Sequence record: NC_105825.1
DNA length: 64,000 bases
Reading direction: 5' to 3' (one strand)
Origin: Escherichia phage ECOP18
A program made the position numbers and the translations under genes. The notes under the pieces were generated by a model. The model saw only the letters and a list, made by a program, of their open reading frames with translations. It did not search any database and was not told the DNA's origin. Within the stretch, counting starts at the first letter, position 1. Every line of letters begins with the position of its first letter. This document shows positions 26,608-36,483 of the stretch, one piece after another.

Positions 26608-29043
26608 TTAAATAGTACAACCACCGGATGCACAACCTGCTGCTTCTTCTCCAGCACCTCCACCATTTGCGGTATTGAAGTTAGCATAATACCAAGTTTT
26701 CCACCCATACTTAACAGCAGTCATGAAATCACGAACTACTACTGGGCCAGGAATAATTTCATTCTCAAACTTGGTGTAGTCATAGTACATATTCGTACTG
26801 ATAGACTGACTGAAGAATTTCTGCATAGTTGCTACCCATTTGATCCACTCGATACGATCTACATCATAAGCCAGTTTATAGCTCATTAACGTTTCCCAAT
26901 CGGTTGCACCCGGGGCAATTGCAATTACTTTATTCACTGCACTACCTTTGATAGATACAATCTTACGAGGCGGTTCAATAGAGTTAGTAACACCTAACAG
27001 AACAGAAGAACTTTCTCCCGGCATCTGAGCAGTCAGAACAGAGTTACGCATACCGTATTTCAGAATATCTGCACGTAGAGACTCCCAATCCATTTCTAGA
27101 CCTACGGATACCAGTTCATCAACAGTTTTCTTATACGTGTCGATTACTAGAATTCCTTTAGATGGTTTAGTACGATCAAACCACTCACATGCACCCTGTT
27201 CTTTAGCCAGGCGTACAGAGGCTTTATGCAGGAAGTAAGACAGTTTTTCAGCCTCACGGTGAATCCAGTTACGGGCTTCAATACCTTCGTAAGCCAGACC
27301 TTCTGCTGCCATTGCACCCGCTGCATTCATCAGGCCAATACCAACATTACGACGTTTCTTAGCCGTATATTCCATAGTTGGGAACGGATAATCCTGAATT
27401 TCAATAATTGTATCAACGAATTTCAGAAGGATGTAGCAAGTTTTTTCCCACTCAGCCAGAGATTCCATGCGTCCAAGTACAACACCACCTAAGTTACACA
27501 GGGATACTTCACCAATATCCTCCGGCTTCATTTGATCAAGCTGCTCTTTTGTCTTATACAGCTCTGTAATATGATGGAACGGGCGTGTAGGCTGAGTAAT
27601 TTCAACACAAAGGTTTGTCATGCGGATCGGATCAAGGAAGTTACCGTGACGATTGGATTCCCCAATGTGGTGAGCATACATACGTCCTGTTTCCATTCGG
27701 ATACGTAGCCAAGTATCTAGGATTTCTTTTGCAGAGACCTTAGGAGCTGCTGGAACTGTCTTTCCTTCGTGGTCGATCTTTGTAAGAGATGCCACACGTT
27801 TCTCCGCTGCCACATAGATTTCTTCAAATTTAGCCTCGTCATCACTATAAAACGCCTCATGAACTTCTGGAGCATAGAAGTATGACATTAGCGTAATATC
27901 TTCGTTTTTCAGATAACGTTTTAACAAAAGATTGTTGAAGCTCAGAGAATAATCCATCTTATCGATTTTATTCTCATCTGTAGCACGTTGTTGCTTAACC
28001 TGCATCAATTGAATGATTTCAGGATCGAAATATGGATAAGACACTGTAGCAGAACCACCACGAGTTTGCTGAGTATTGGCCTTTACTGAGCGGTCAATGT
28101 GTCGATAATATGGCAGTTTTCCGGAATGCGGGAATGCCCCATTTCGCACCGGATCAGCAATTGATCGGCTTTCAAGATGATACCCGATTCCCGCTCTGGC
28201 TGCGACCATTTTGAAGACGATGTGCTCGGCGGTGTCGATTGAATCCAACGTGTCAGTGGAATCCACGAGACAGCAACTAGCAAATCCACGGTCACTAGAG
28301 CGCAAGCCAACCAATGGCGGCGTAGGAATGTTGATTTTGTGTAGCGACATTGCGTTGTAGAGGTCGATTGCATCTAGAATTGTCCAATTAGGTTGAGATA
28401 ACATCGCCATTGCCATACCCATATAGGCAAATTGCGGAGTTTCGTAAATTTCGCCAGTTGCGATATTACGACGGGAATACTTATCAAAGAATTGTTTCAA
28501 TCCTCCGCTAGTGAAAAGACGGTCACGATCATGGTCAATAACCTGATTCAAAGCCTCAAACTGCTCATCGGTAATCCATGCACTCATGTCTTCCCATGCA
28601 CCTACACTAACCATATGATCGTGGAAGAAGCGTAGAGAAGGTGGTTCGAAGGAATCATAAAGGCGTTTACGCATCTGCGCAAGACGTAATTCCTTTGCTG
28701 GCACGTCGTATGCTGGGTTATCTTTAATAAGACTTTCAGCAGCCTTAATTAAAGCATCCATCAGAGTGTCGGAATCCACAACCCCTTTAGGCAGAGTTTT
28801 TTGGGCAGCCATAGTAATGGCAGACCAACTTACATCAACTGTTTTACAACCATACTCTGCCCAACCATTGAGTTTTTCAGGAGCAAAGTCTTCTACAGTA
28901 CCGTCACGTTTAATTACTTTTTCAATGCGATGGCTCATTTGGTTTTCCTTTTTATAGTTATCAGGATTTAGGAAATAGTTTACTTTATTCTCAGTCATTT
29001 GGCAAATAAAATTTTCTGATAGAAAAGGCCCGAGTATTTTCAT
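26608..29043 (-). CDS. nrdA: ribonucleotide reductase class Ia large subunit
   Basis: 811 aa; C-terminal Cys pair (CASGGC); GAAGG RBS. Confidence 0.8.
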   Translation of the reverse strand: MKILGPFLSENFICQMTENKVNYFLNPDNYKKENQMSHRIEKVIKRDGTVEDFAPEKLNGWAEYGCKTVDVSWSAITMAAQKTLPKGVVDSDTLMDALIKAAESLIKDNPAYDVPAKELRLAQMRKRLYDSFEPPSLRFFHDHMVSVGAWEDMSAWITDEQFEALNQVIDHDRDRLFTSGGLKQFFDKYSRRNIATGEIYETPQFAYMGMAMAMLSQPNWTILDAIDLYNAMSLHKINIPTPPLVGLRSSDRGFASCCLVDSTDTLDSIDTAEHIVFKMVAARAGIGYHLESRSIADPVRNGAFPHSGKLPYYRHIDRSVKANTQQTRGGSATVSYPYFDPEIIQLMQVKQQRATDENKIDKMDYSLSFNNLLLKRYLKNEDITLMSYFYAPEVHEAFYSDDEAKFEEIYVAAEKRVASLTKIDHEGKTVPAAPKVSAKEILDTWLRIRMETGRMYAHHIGESNRHGNFLDPIRMTNLCVEITQPTRPFHHITELYKTKEQLDQMKPEDIGEVSLCNLGGVVLGRMESLAEWEKTCYILLKFVDTIIEIQDYPFPTMEYTAKKRRNVGIGLMNAAGAMAAEGLAYEGIEARNWIHREAEKLSYFLHKASVRLAKEQGACEWFDRTKPSKGILVIDTYKKTVDELVSVGLEMDWESLRADILKYGMRNSVLTAQMPGESSSVLLGVTNSIEPPRKIVSIKGSAVNKVIAIAPGATDWETLMSYKLAYDVDRIEWIKWVATMQKFFSQSISTNMYYDYTKFENEIIPGPVVVRDFMTAVKYGWKTWYYANFNTANGGGAGEEAAGCASGGCTI

Positions 29044-29082
29044 ACCCAGGCCTTCTGTGTTGTCAGTCTAGTTTTTGGCCAC

Positions 29083-29280
29083 TTAAGTTCTCAGCAGAAT
29101 ATCTATCGAGGTACTTAGTTCATTATAATTGAAGGGCCGATTTGGATTTGAGGTTACAATTTTCCACGCTAGGGTAGTCTTAGGACTTTCTTCCCCTTCC
29201 TTACGTGTAATCATATTAGCAGCACTCAGTGAAGTACGATGTATTTTAGTTTTACGGTGTAGATGTACAACGTCTCCCAT
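29083..29280 (-). CDS. hypothetical protein
   Basis: Start trimmed to MGDVV immediately after phoH stop. Confidence 0.35.
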   Translation of the reverse strand: MGDVVHLHRKTKIHRTSLSAANMITRKEGEESPKTTLAWKIVTSNPNRPFNYNELSTSIDILLRT

Positions 29281-29281
29281 A

Positions 29282-30043
29282 TTACACCTTCCCCATGTCT
29301 TTAAAAATATCGTAGAATGCTTTAGACTCAGCAGAACGAACGTTATCAATCAATTCGATCATTGAGAATGGGGCATTTTCGTATTTCTCATAGACTTCCA
29401 TAAGTAGTGCTAGACCTGAGTCACATTTAATGTCTTTCTGAGCTATATCTCCGCAGATAATTAAACGGCAGTCTTGTCCTACACGAGTTAGGAGACAAAT
29501 CATTGCCTCAACGGAAATATTCTGAGCTTCATCGACAATTACATAGGAGTTGTTGAAAGTTCTGCCACGAGCATGTTCTACAGCCAAAAATTTAATTTTC
29601 TGACGTTCGACATATCCCTTATAGGCATGATCACCGATGGCCCATTTCATACCATCAGCTATTGGCTCTAACCAAGGCTCTAGCTTTTCCGCTAGATCAC
29701 CAGGAAGCATACCAAGAGACTTACCTAGAGGTTCATTAGGACGTACGAGGATCACTTGCTCAATATCTGAGTGAATGTCTACGAGTTCCTGAGCTGCAAG
29801 AACAGACGGGATAAAGGTTTTACCAGTACCTGGCTCACCGATACCCACAGTCACTGTGTTGTTCTTGATCATATTGATATATGATTTTTGCTCGCGGTTT
29901 TTACCTACTAGGGATTTAGCAACTGGGTTAGCGTAATCATTAGAAAAATCAGCCTGAATTACGTTATTCTCATATTTGTTGCCACGCTTTCTTGAACCAT
30001 TGCGGTTCTCTCTTTTTTGACGTGCTTTTCCCATAAATAACAC
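29282..30043 (-). CDS. phoH: PhoH-like ATPase
   Basis: Walker A GEPGTGKTF and PhoH-like layout. Confidence 0.7.
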   Translation of the reverse strand: MLFMGKARQKRENRNGSRKRGNKYENNVIQADFSNDYANPVAKSLVGKNREQKSYINMIKNNTVTVGIGEPGTGKTFIPSVLAAQELVDIHSDIEQVILVRPNEPLGKSLGMLPGDLAEKLEPWLEPIADGMKWAIGDHAYKGYVERQKIKFLAVEHARGRTFNNSYVIVDEAQNISVEAMICLLTRVGQDCRLIICGDIAQKDIKCDSGLALLMEVYEKYENAPFSMIELIDNVRSAESKAFYDIFKDMGKV

Positions 30044-30327
30044 TCCTATAGTGTACTTCGCTAACAGAGGATCAACAAAAAGATCTTGTTTATCAACTTA
30101 CAAATATATTATACCAATATATACAGTAAAAAGCAACTACAATTTTAAATAAGCCTATGATATTGCATTTAAATAAAAAATTTGCTTGCTTTTAACGTGA
30201 GATGTGTGATACTAGATAATCATTTTATATCGCGTGCACGAGTGCGTGATTATACAATTTTTAATAGAGATTGGCAAATAAAATTTTTTGACTCAGATCA
30301 TGTTACAGAACTTTATAGTAAAATATT

Positions 30328-30357
30328 GTTGACATCCGCCCTCGAATGAGTTATAAT
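30328..30357 (+). promoter_or_regulatory. sigma70 promoter for nrdD
   Basis: TTGACA-N18-TATAAT, 30 nt upstream of nrdD. Confidence 0.65.
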
Positions 30358-30386
30358 AGTAGTCTTAGTTAGAGAAGGAGAGTATA

Positions 30387-32261
30387 ATGAATCGCAATGA
30401 AGAACTAAAGTATAAAGAAATGCAGGCGTTAATTAGAAACTGCAAAGAGATTATCGAAGGGTCAGCAGATGAAGAGCTGCTGTTTAATAATGCCAATAAA
30501 CCCTCAGAACGTTTCCCTACACAAAGGGATATGCTTGCAGGTGAATTGAGTAAGTATCTGATTCTAGAAGAAATGCCCATTCAGATTCGAAATGCTCATA
30601 TGATTGGAGATATTCATTTCCATGATGCTGACTATGCTGCATTAGGTATGACTAACTGTTGTCTGGTAGCTCTGGAAGATATGTTGAAGAATGGTATGAA
30701 GGTTGGTAATGCTGAAATTAGCACTCCAAACTCTATCACTACTGCGGCAGCTATTACAGCTCAGATTATCACTCAGGTTAGCTCCCATCAGTATGGTGGT
30801 ACTTCTGTAGATCGCCTTGATGAAGTATTAGCCCCTTATGTTCGTAAATCCTATGACAAAAATCATGCGTTTGCAAAACGTTGGACTAAGGATGAAGCCA
30901 AAGCATCCGTAATGGCTACGGAGATGACTGAAAAAGAAGTCTATGATGCTTGTCAGGGTCTAGAGTATGAAATCAATACGATGTTCAACTCTAATGGTCA
31001 GAGTCCATTTATTACCTTTGGTTTTGGTCTAGGGACTTCTTGGGAAGCACGTCTAGTACAGAAAGCAATACTGAAAGTACGTATGGATGGCTTAGGCATC
31101 AATAAACGTACAGCTATCTTTCCGAAACTGGTGTTTGTTCTGCGTGATGGCGTAAATATGAAGCCAGGAGATGTTAATTATGACGTCAAGAAGTTAGCTA
31201 TGAAATGTACTGCTGAACGTATGTATCCAGATTATATCAGCTATGATAAGGTTGTAGAAGTTACTGGGGACTATAAAGTTTCTATGGGCTGCCGTTCATT
31301 CCTAGCTGCTACAGAAGATGGTGAAACTGCCGGTCGTAATAACTTAGGTGTTGTTTCTGTAAACTTGCCTAGAATTGCTATCGAAGCTGAAGGAAATATT
31401 GACCTATTCTTTGATTTGCTTGAGCTACGTGTAGATACAGCATTAAAAGCGTTGGAGTGGAGAGTTGATCGCTTAAAATACATTCAAGCTAAAGCTGCAC
31501 CCATCCTCTATATGTCAGGAGCCTTTGGGTTACGTTTGGGGCCTGATGAATATGTATTCGATCATTTCTATAACCGTGCTTCTGTATCTCTAGGGTATAT
31601 TGGTTGCCATGAAATGCTACAGTTCATGTTTGGCAAAGATGTAGACACAATGTCCGAGACCTGCATCAAGTTTGTTCAGCGTGTATTGCAGTACATGCGG
31701 GATAGAGTCGATCAGAAGAAGGAAGAAACTAAGTTAGGTTATAGCCTGTATGCTACACCATCAGAATCCCTATGTGACCGTTTTTGTCGTCTAGACCGTG
31801 AATACTTCCCGGAGCATGAAGATATTCTGTCCAAAGGATACTACACTAACTCTCACCACCTTGATGTAGAACGTAAAGTTGCTCCCAATGTGAAATTTGA
31901 TTATGAATCTAACTTTACGCCGATTGCTTCTGGTGGATGTATTTCCTATGTAGAACTACCGGATATGAAACGATTCCCAGATGCACTGGAATGGGTTATT
32001 AATTATGCTGCTAGTAAGGTTCATTACTTCGGTATTAATACTCCAGTGGATTCTTGTGGTAAATGTGGATTCTTAGGTGAAACAATAGCATCCGAAGATG
32101 GGTTTAAGTGCCCTATCTGTGGTAATCATGACCCTGAAACTCTTGAAGTAACTCGTCGAGTTTGTGGGTATCTTGGAAATCCGGGTGCTCGTCCATTTAA
32201 CCCCGGCAAACAGCACGAGGTTATGGGCAGAGTGAAACATCAGGATATTCGAGCTAAATAA
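30387..32261 (+). CDS. nrdD: anaerobic ribonucleotide reductase (class III)
   Basis: C-terminal glycyl-radical motif RRVCGYLG and CGKCG zinc site; TTGACA/TATAAT promoter. Confidence 0.85.
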   Translation: MNRNEELKYKEMQALIRNCKEIIEGSADEELLFNNANKPSERFPTQRDMLAGELSKYLILEEMPIQIRNAHMIGDIHFHDADYAALGMTNCCLVALEDMLKNGMKVGNAEISTPNSITTAAAITAQIITQVSSHQYGGTSVDRLDEVLAPYVRKSYDKNHAFAKRWTKDEAKASVMATEMTEKEVYDACQGLEYEINTMFNSNGQSPFITFGFGLGTSWEARLVQKAILKVRMDGLGINKRTAIFPKLVFVLRDGVNMKPGDVNYDVKKLAMKCTAERMYPDYISYDKVVEVTGDYKVSMGCRSFLAATEDGETAGRNNLGVVSVNLPRIAIEAEGNIDLFFDLLELRVDTALKALEWRVDRLKYIQAKAAPILYMSGAFGLRLGPDEYVFDHFYNRASVSLGYIGCHEMLQFMFGKDVDTMSETCIKFVQRVLQYMRDRVDQKKEETKLGYSLYATPSESLCDRFCRLDREYFPEHEDILSKGYYTNSHHLDVERKVAPNVKFDYESNFTPIASGGCISYVELPDMKRFPDALEWVINYAASKVHYFGINTPVDSCGKCGFLGETIASEDGFKCPICGNHDPETLEVTRRVCGYLGNPGARPFNPGKQHEVMGRVKHQDIRAK

Positions 32262-32303
32262 GCTAATCAGCCGGGTTGCTAGTCGACCTGGCTTTTATTT
32301 TAT

Positions 32304-32332
32304 TTGCTTTCAGCCAAAAATTTATATATAAT
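32304..32332 (+). promoter_or_regulatory. sigma70-type early promoter
   Basis: TTGCTT-N17-TATAAT. Confidence 0.6.
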
Positions 32333-32360
32333 AGATTTATAAATTTGAGAGGAGAAAGCT

Positions 32361-32642
32361 ATGAGCGAGTTGCTTCCTAAAGTAGATGTCTCCCATCTTG
32401 GAGAGCCTAGTGAAGAACGTAAGGCTCTAGATTGGTTGGGTGGATTTGATTATCGTCGTGTTGTTGCAACATGGAATGATAAGAAAGTTAAGAAGTTTCG
32501 GGTACATTATGTAGGTAAAGACAAGTGGCTCTGGATTGATTATGAAGAATCGAAGGGATCTACTAAGGCTGTGAAAATTTATCGTATGTATGGGTATTAT
32601 TATGCCCACTGTGATAAGAATGAATTTACAGTACAGAACTAA
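32361..32642 (+). CDS. hypothetical protein
   Basis: 93-aa ORF behind consensus promoter and GAGGAG RBS. Confidence 0.55.
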   Translation: MSELLPKVDVSHLGEPSEERKALDWLGGFDYRRVVATWNDKKVKKFRVHYVGKDKWLWIDYEESKGSTKAVKIYRMYGYYYAHCDKNEFTVQN

Positions 32643-32651
32643 GGAACAAGA

Positions 32652-32855
32652 ATGAAAAACGTAAAACATCTTAAATATCGCTTAATTTACAACGGACGTA
32701 TGGAAACAGAAGACCTGGCCCAGTTAGCTATTAATTCTAATGAGGTTACAGTGCGTGCGCTGGCAATTGAAAAGTTGCGTGCCTCTTATGAAAATCGTGT
32801 TATGGAATTGGAGGAGAAACTTTATGGCATTCTCGAAGCCGATGCTACCAGATAA
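32652..32855 (+). CDS. hypothetical protein
   Basis: 67-aa ORF. Confidence 0.45.
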   Translation: MKNVKHLKYRLIYNGRMETEDLAQLAINSNEVTVRALAIEKLRASYENRVMELEEKLYGILEADATR

Positions 32856-33045
32856 GGGTTTAAACGCCGCTTTGGAAAACGCATTAATGCAGCACTGGGA
32901 AACTGGTTATAAGGATGGTGTTGAATCCTGCGCTACTATGTTAGAAGTTATTGCTAATACCTTAATGGAGAAAGGCAATAAAGAATTAGCTGAGCTATTA
33001 GACAGTATTGGGCAAAACTTCAGAGAACAGGTGAAAAATGCGTAG
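32824..33045 (+). CDS. hypothetical protein
   Basis: Trimmed to ATG with GGAGA RBS; overlaps previous stop. Confidence 0.4.
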   Translation: MAFSKPMLPDKGLNAALENALMQHWETGYKDGVESCATMLEVIANTLMEKGNKELAELLDSIGQNFREQVKNA

Positions 33046-33865
33046 ATTAATTATTATTAGCGGTGCAGGTTTGAGTGTTGAAAGTGGTGTACGAGCTTTT
33101 CGTACTGATACTGCTAGTGGTAAAGCACTGTGGGATGATTATGATCTAGAAGAAGTATGTAATATTCATGCCTTTCGTGGTAATTTTTATCATAAAACCC
33201 ATATGTTTTACAACAAGCGTCGTGAAGAGCTAAAAACTGTTGAACCCAATCTTGCACATTTGCGTATTGGTGAATGGTATAAACAATATCCAGGTCAAGT
33301 AGTAAACTTGACTACCAATGTTGATGACCTTATTGAACGTGCAGGCGTTCCACATAGCGACATTCTGCACATTCACGGATATTTAAAAGAGGTTGTTGTA
33401 GCTGACAGCTACAATAGTAGTAATAAACGAATTATTGATGTTGGGTATAACTCTATTGACCCAGATGATTATAAATGGGTTAAACCTAATGTAATCTTCT
33501 TTGGTGAGCATGCTCCAGCATATACAGAAATGTACAATGTTTTTGATGGTATTACCAGTCAAGATATGATCATTGTGGTTGGTTGCTCTAACCAAGTAAT
33601 TAACTTCTACTGGGAATTATTTCCTGTTCTTAATTTGACTGCTGCCAAATTAATGGTAGTTAACTACTATGATAGTGCCCTAGCGACAGAGCCAGGCTAT
33701 CAAGGTATGACTCGTAGTGAGATGTACCAGTTGGAAGAACGCGGTGTCCCTTACTGGAGTAAAGGTGCGGTAGATGCTTTCAGTGATCCTGATTTTATTG
33801 CTCGTGTGGAAGCTCATTTAGAGGGTAGACCTTATATGCTGGGGAACAGACATGTCCATAGTTAA
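33038..33865 (+). CDS. Sir2-family (sirtuin-like) protein, no zinc ribbon
   Basis: NAD-binding motif GAGLSVESGVRAFR and HG (LHIHGY). Confidence 0.6.
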   Translation: MRRLIIISGAGLSVESGVRAFRTDTASGKALWDDYDLEEVCNIHAFRGNFYHKTHMFYNKRREELKTVEPNLAHLRIGEWYKQYPGQVVNLTTNVDDLIERAGVPHSDILHIHGYLKEVVVADSYNSSNKRIIDVGYNSIDPDDYKWVKPNVIFFGEHAPAYTEMYNVFDGITSQDMIIVVGCSNQVINFYWELFPVLNLTAAKLMVVNYYDSALATEPGYQGMTRSEMYQLEERGVPYWSKGAVDAFSDPDFIARVEAHLEGRPYMLGNRHVHS

Positions 33866-34034
33866 ATCTGTGTATACACATCCTGATGATATATTTGTAT
33901 GGGCGGACGGTAGTTGGTGCTATCGCTGTGAGCTGTGGGAAATGGACTATAAATCCGATGACTATGGTGTTATATATGTTGATACGGTTGAGTATGATAC
34001 GTTCTTAGAAAGGAACAAAGATGGAAATAAGTAA
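33852..34034 (+). CDS. hypothetical protein
   Basis: 60-aa ORF. Confidence 0.4.
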   Translation: MSIVKSVYTHPDDIFVWADGSWCYRCELWEMDYKSDDYGVIYVDTVEYDTFLERNKDGNK

Positions 34035-34527
34035 TACTCCAATTATTTTTCTAGACATTGATGGGGTGCTCAATTCGAGCATCTCCCACCATCATGCACC
34101 TGATGATGAAAAGATTTTCTTTGGAAGTGATTGGGTTTTCAAACCGCTTCTCAAGGCTTTTCAAGACTTTATTCGTTCTTCTCCAATAATGATTGTTGGG
34201 GTATCTTCATGGTTCTCTGTCAGGAATGAGATGGAGAACGTTCAGATTATGACCGGATTAGATCTTATCAATCGTTTTATTGGTACAACGGATTTTACTG
34301 GTGGTGGGCTATCTAGGGGTAATTCTGTTCTTCGCTTCGTTGAAAAGCATAAGCTCAAACATTGGTGTGTGCTGGATGATGCTGGTGCTATGATGTATCA
34401 GTACCCAACGGTTATAGTCAATGGTAGAACTGGAATAAACCTTCAAGATTTAAGAGCTGTTAGCTATATGTTAGAATTTAGTCCAGATCTTGAAATGTGT
34501 AAAGCTCTACAACAACTTAAGGTGTAA
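34021..34527 (+). CDS. HAD-superfamily hydrolase (putative nucleotidase/phosphatase)
   Basis: HAD motif I FLDIDGVLN near N-terminus. Confidence 0.5.
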   Translation: MEISNTPIIFLDIDGVLNSSISHHHAPDDEKIFFGSDWVFKPLLKAFQDFIRSSPIMIVGVSSWFSVRNEMENVQIMTGLDLINRFIGTTDFTGGGLSRGNSVLRFVEKHKLKHWCVLDDAGAMMYQYPTVIVNGRTGINLQDLRAVSYMLEFSPDLEMCKALQQLKV

Positions 34528-34529
34528 AT

Positions 34530-34955
34530 ATGTTCAATAATGTATTTTCTAAAGCTAACCCAATTTTGGTTAATTTTTGGCGTACTCTTCCAGCCAACCT
34601 GTATAATGAGGCTATTAACTCTTTGAAAATATGGTGTGAGAATAACGAAATCTCCTTTGCTTTTAAAGATGATATTGATGAGGCCCCTTGTATTGGTTTA
34701 ATTGTTCAGGTAGAGGAGGGTCTTGAAGAGATTGTGGGCTGGAAAGAGTTAGACGAAATGGGCTTAGTTTTTGCGTTAAATTATAAGCTGTTTATGCCTG
34801 CTAAGCATCGCCTTGTTGTTAACTATAAAACTAGTGAATCTCCTGGTTTTCAGGTTAATGAACGTTATGGTTGGTCTTACTCACCGGAAGAAGTAAATGA
34901 GGGGATTCAGAAACTTCGACGTTTCGGGTATATGATCCCAGGTTTAACTGCTTAA
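34530..34955 (+). CDS. hypothetical protein (paralog A)
   Basis: Shares motifs with next gene (DD.CIG, W.EL..MGL..ALN, C-terminal G.Y.PGL). Confidence 0.5.
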   Translation: MFNNVFSKANPILVNFWRTLPANLYNEAINSLKIWCENNEISFAFKDDIDEAPCIGLIVQVEEGLEEIVGWKELDEMGLVFALNYKLFMPAKHRLVVNYKTSESPGFQVNERYGWSYSPEEVNEGIQKLRRFGYMIPGLTA

Positions 34956-34964
34956 GGAGGCAGA

Positions 34965-35357
34965 ATGGAACAAGTATATTGGCGTCAGATTGATCCTAGT
35001 TTGGTGAAGCGTGCGGAGAAGCTGCTACAACGTTGGTTGGGGGTAAGACAAGCCTCCTTCACTTTTCCGGAGCAGCAAATAGACGATCCCTGTATTGGTG
35101 TTTTCCTATCAGGCTACGCTAGGGAATGGGAATTGGATTGGAATGAGTTGTCTGCTATGGGTTTAATTGTTGCCCTAAATTTCTCTTTGTTACACCCACG
35201 TGGTTTGGCTATATGTCGTGTGCCCGATGATGGTTGTTCGCCCCATCTTTTACAGGTGGAAGATGATATTTTGGAGTACACTCCAGATATTCTCAAAGAA
35301 GCTAAAGAACAATTAAACCGTGTTGGGATCTATGTTCCAGGCCTGAATGATGAATGA
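34965..35357 (+). CDS. hypothetical protein (paralog B)
   Basis: Tandem paralog of 34530-34955. Confidence 0.5.
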   Translation: MEQVYWRQIDPSLVKRAEKLLQRWLGVRQASFTFPEQQIDDPCIGVFLSGYAREWELDWNELSAMGLIVALNFSLLHPRGLAICRVPDDGCSPHLLQVEDDILEYTPDILKEAKEQLNRVGIYVPGLNDE

Positions 35358-35496
35358 TTTTTATTAGCTGAACTTTGTAATCCGGGCTATTAGTGCTCGG
35401 ATTATTACATAATCTTTTCAGTCGATTGACAGTCAAAATAAATTGTCGTTGACAATTTGGATGGATTATGTAATAATATATGTATTGGAGGTGAGG

Positions 35497-35949
35497 ATGT
35501 CATTCACACAGCAAGAACTTTTAGATAACTTCCGATATGAAGATGGTAAGTTATTTAGAACTACAGGAAGAAATGCAGGGAAAGAATGTTGTGTTTCTAC
35601 GGGTAACGGATATTACCGTATATCTCTAGGGAATAGGACTATGCTTCGGCATAGAGCAATATTTTTAATGCACCATGGATACTTACCTGATTTAGTAGAT
35701 CATGTGAACACTATAAAAGGTGATGATCGTATTGAAAATCTTAGAGAGCAGACGGTATCCGGTAATCTAAGAAATATCAAATACAAGAAAGGAATGCATG
35801 TTTACCCTTCTGGTAGTAAGAACTGGCAAGTAGTATTTACTATTAACCGTAAACGGATAGTTAAAGGAACATATGACAACTATGAGGTTGCATGTTCTAT
35901 GGCCAAGATGTTTAGAGGTCAATTATACGGTAGGGAATCAATCCAGTAA
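35497..35949 (+). CDS. HNH homing endonuclease
   Basis: HNH motifs (RHRAIFLMHHGYLP, VDHVNTIKGDDRIENL); start at MSFTQQ with GGAGGTGAGG RBS. Confidence 0.7.
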   Translation: MSFTQQELLDNFRYEDGKLFRTTGRNAGKECCVSTGNGYYRISLGNRTMLRHRAIFLMHHGYLPDLVDHVNTIKGDDRIENLREQTVSGNLRNIKYKKGMHVYPSGSKNWQVVFTINRKRIVKGTYDNYEVACSMAKMFRGQLYGRESIQ

Positions 35950-36483
35950 AATTTCATTTGCAAGGGAGTATTATTTTATAGTATAATATTCCCATAAATG
36001 AGAGACATTAGTAAAAATTGATTTTGCTAATTTTTCTTGTTTACAATCCGCGATACGGAACAGTTAGGCTGCCCCATTAAGGGTTGTTTTAACTGTTACG
36101 TGTTAGTTTTTAAACAAATAATTAATAGAATACTTAGCGATCTACATCCCGTAGGAACCCTGGTAAGGCCTCGAAGCAACCTAGTGTGAGGTGGTTGTGA
36201 AGTGAGACGGGAAGAGTGAAAAACTCTGAGAAGTGATGACGTAAGGTATACTGCATCTAGTATGAGCTAGTACATGAAGCATTAGGTGAGCAAATCTGGC
36301 TTAGCGGCCATCCTCAAGGATTTGTGCGGTATAGTGAAGCGGCAGTGTAGCGTGAAAGGGGAAGTTGCCACCCCCCTTCAGTATTTGCGATTAATTGTTG
36401 AGAAATTGACAGTAACAGTTGTTCTATTCTTTCTGAATAGTCCTAAAGAAAACTTATTTCATATCCAACACAGGAGTATTGTT

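Noticed and set aside
26599-26889. 96-aa plus-strand ORF
   Set aside because: Antisense to the nrdA 3' end and overlaps a terminator hairpin.
32262-32360. Radical-SAM activase (nrdG) expected after nrdD
   Set aside because: The ORF following nrdD has no CxxxCxxC cluster; no NrdG candidate in this window.
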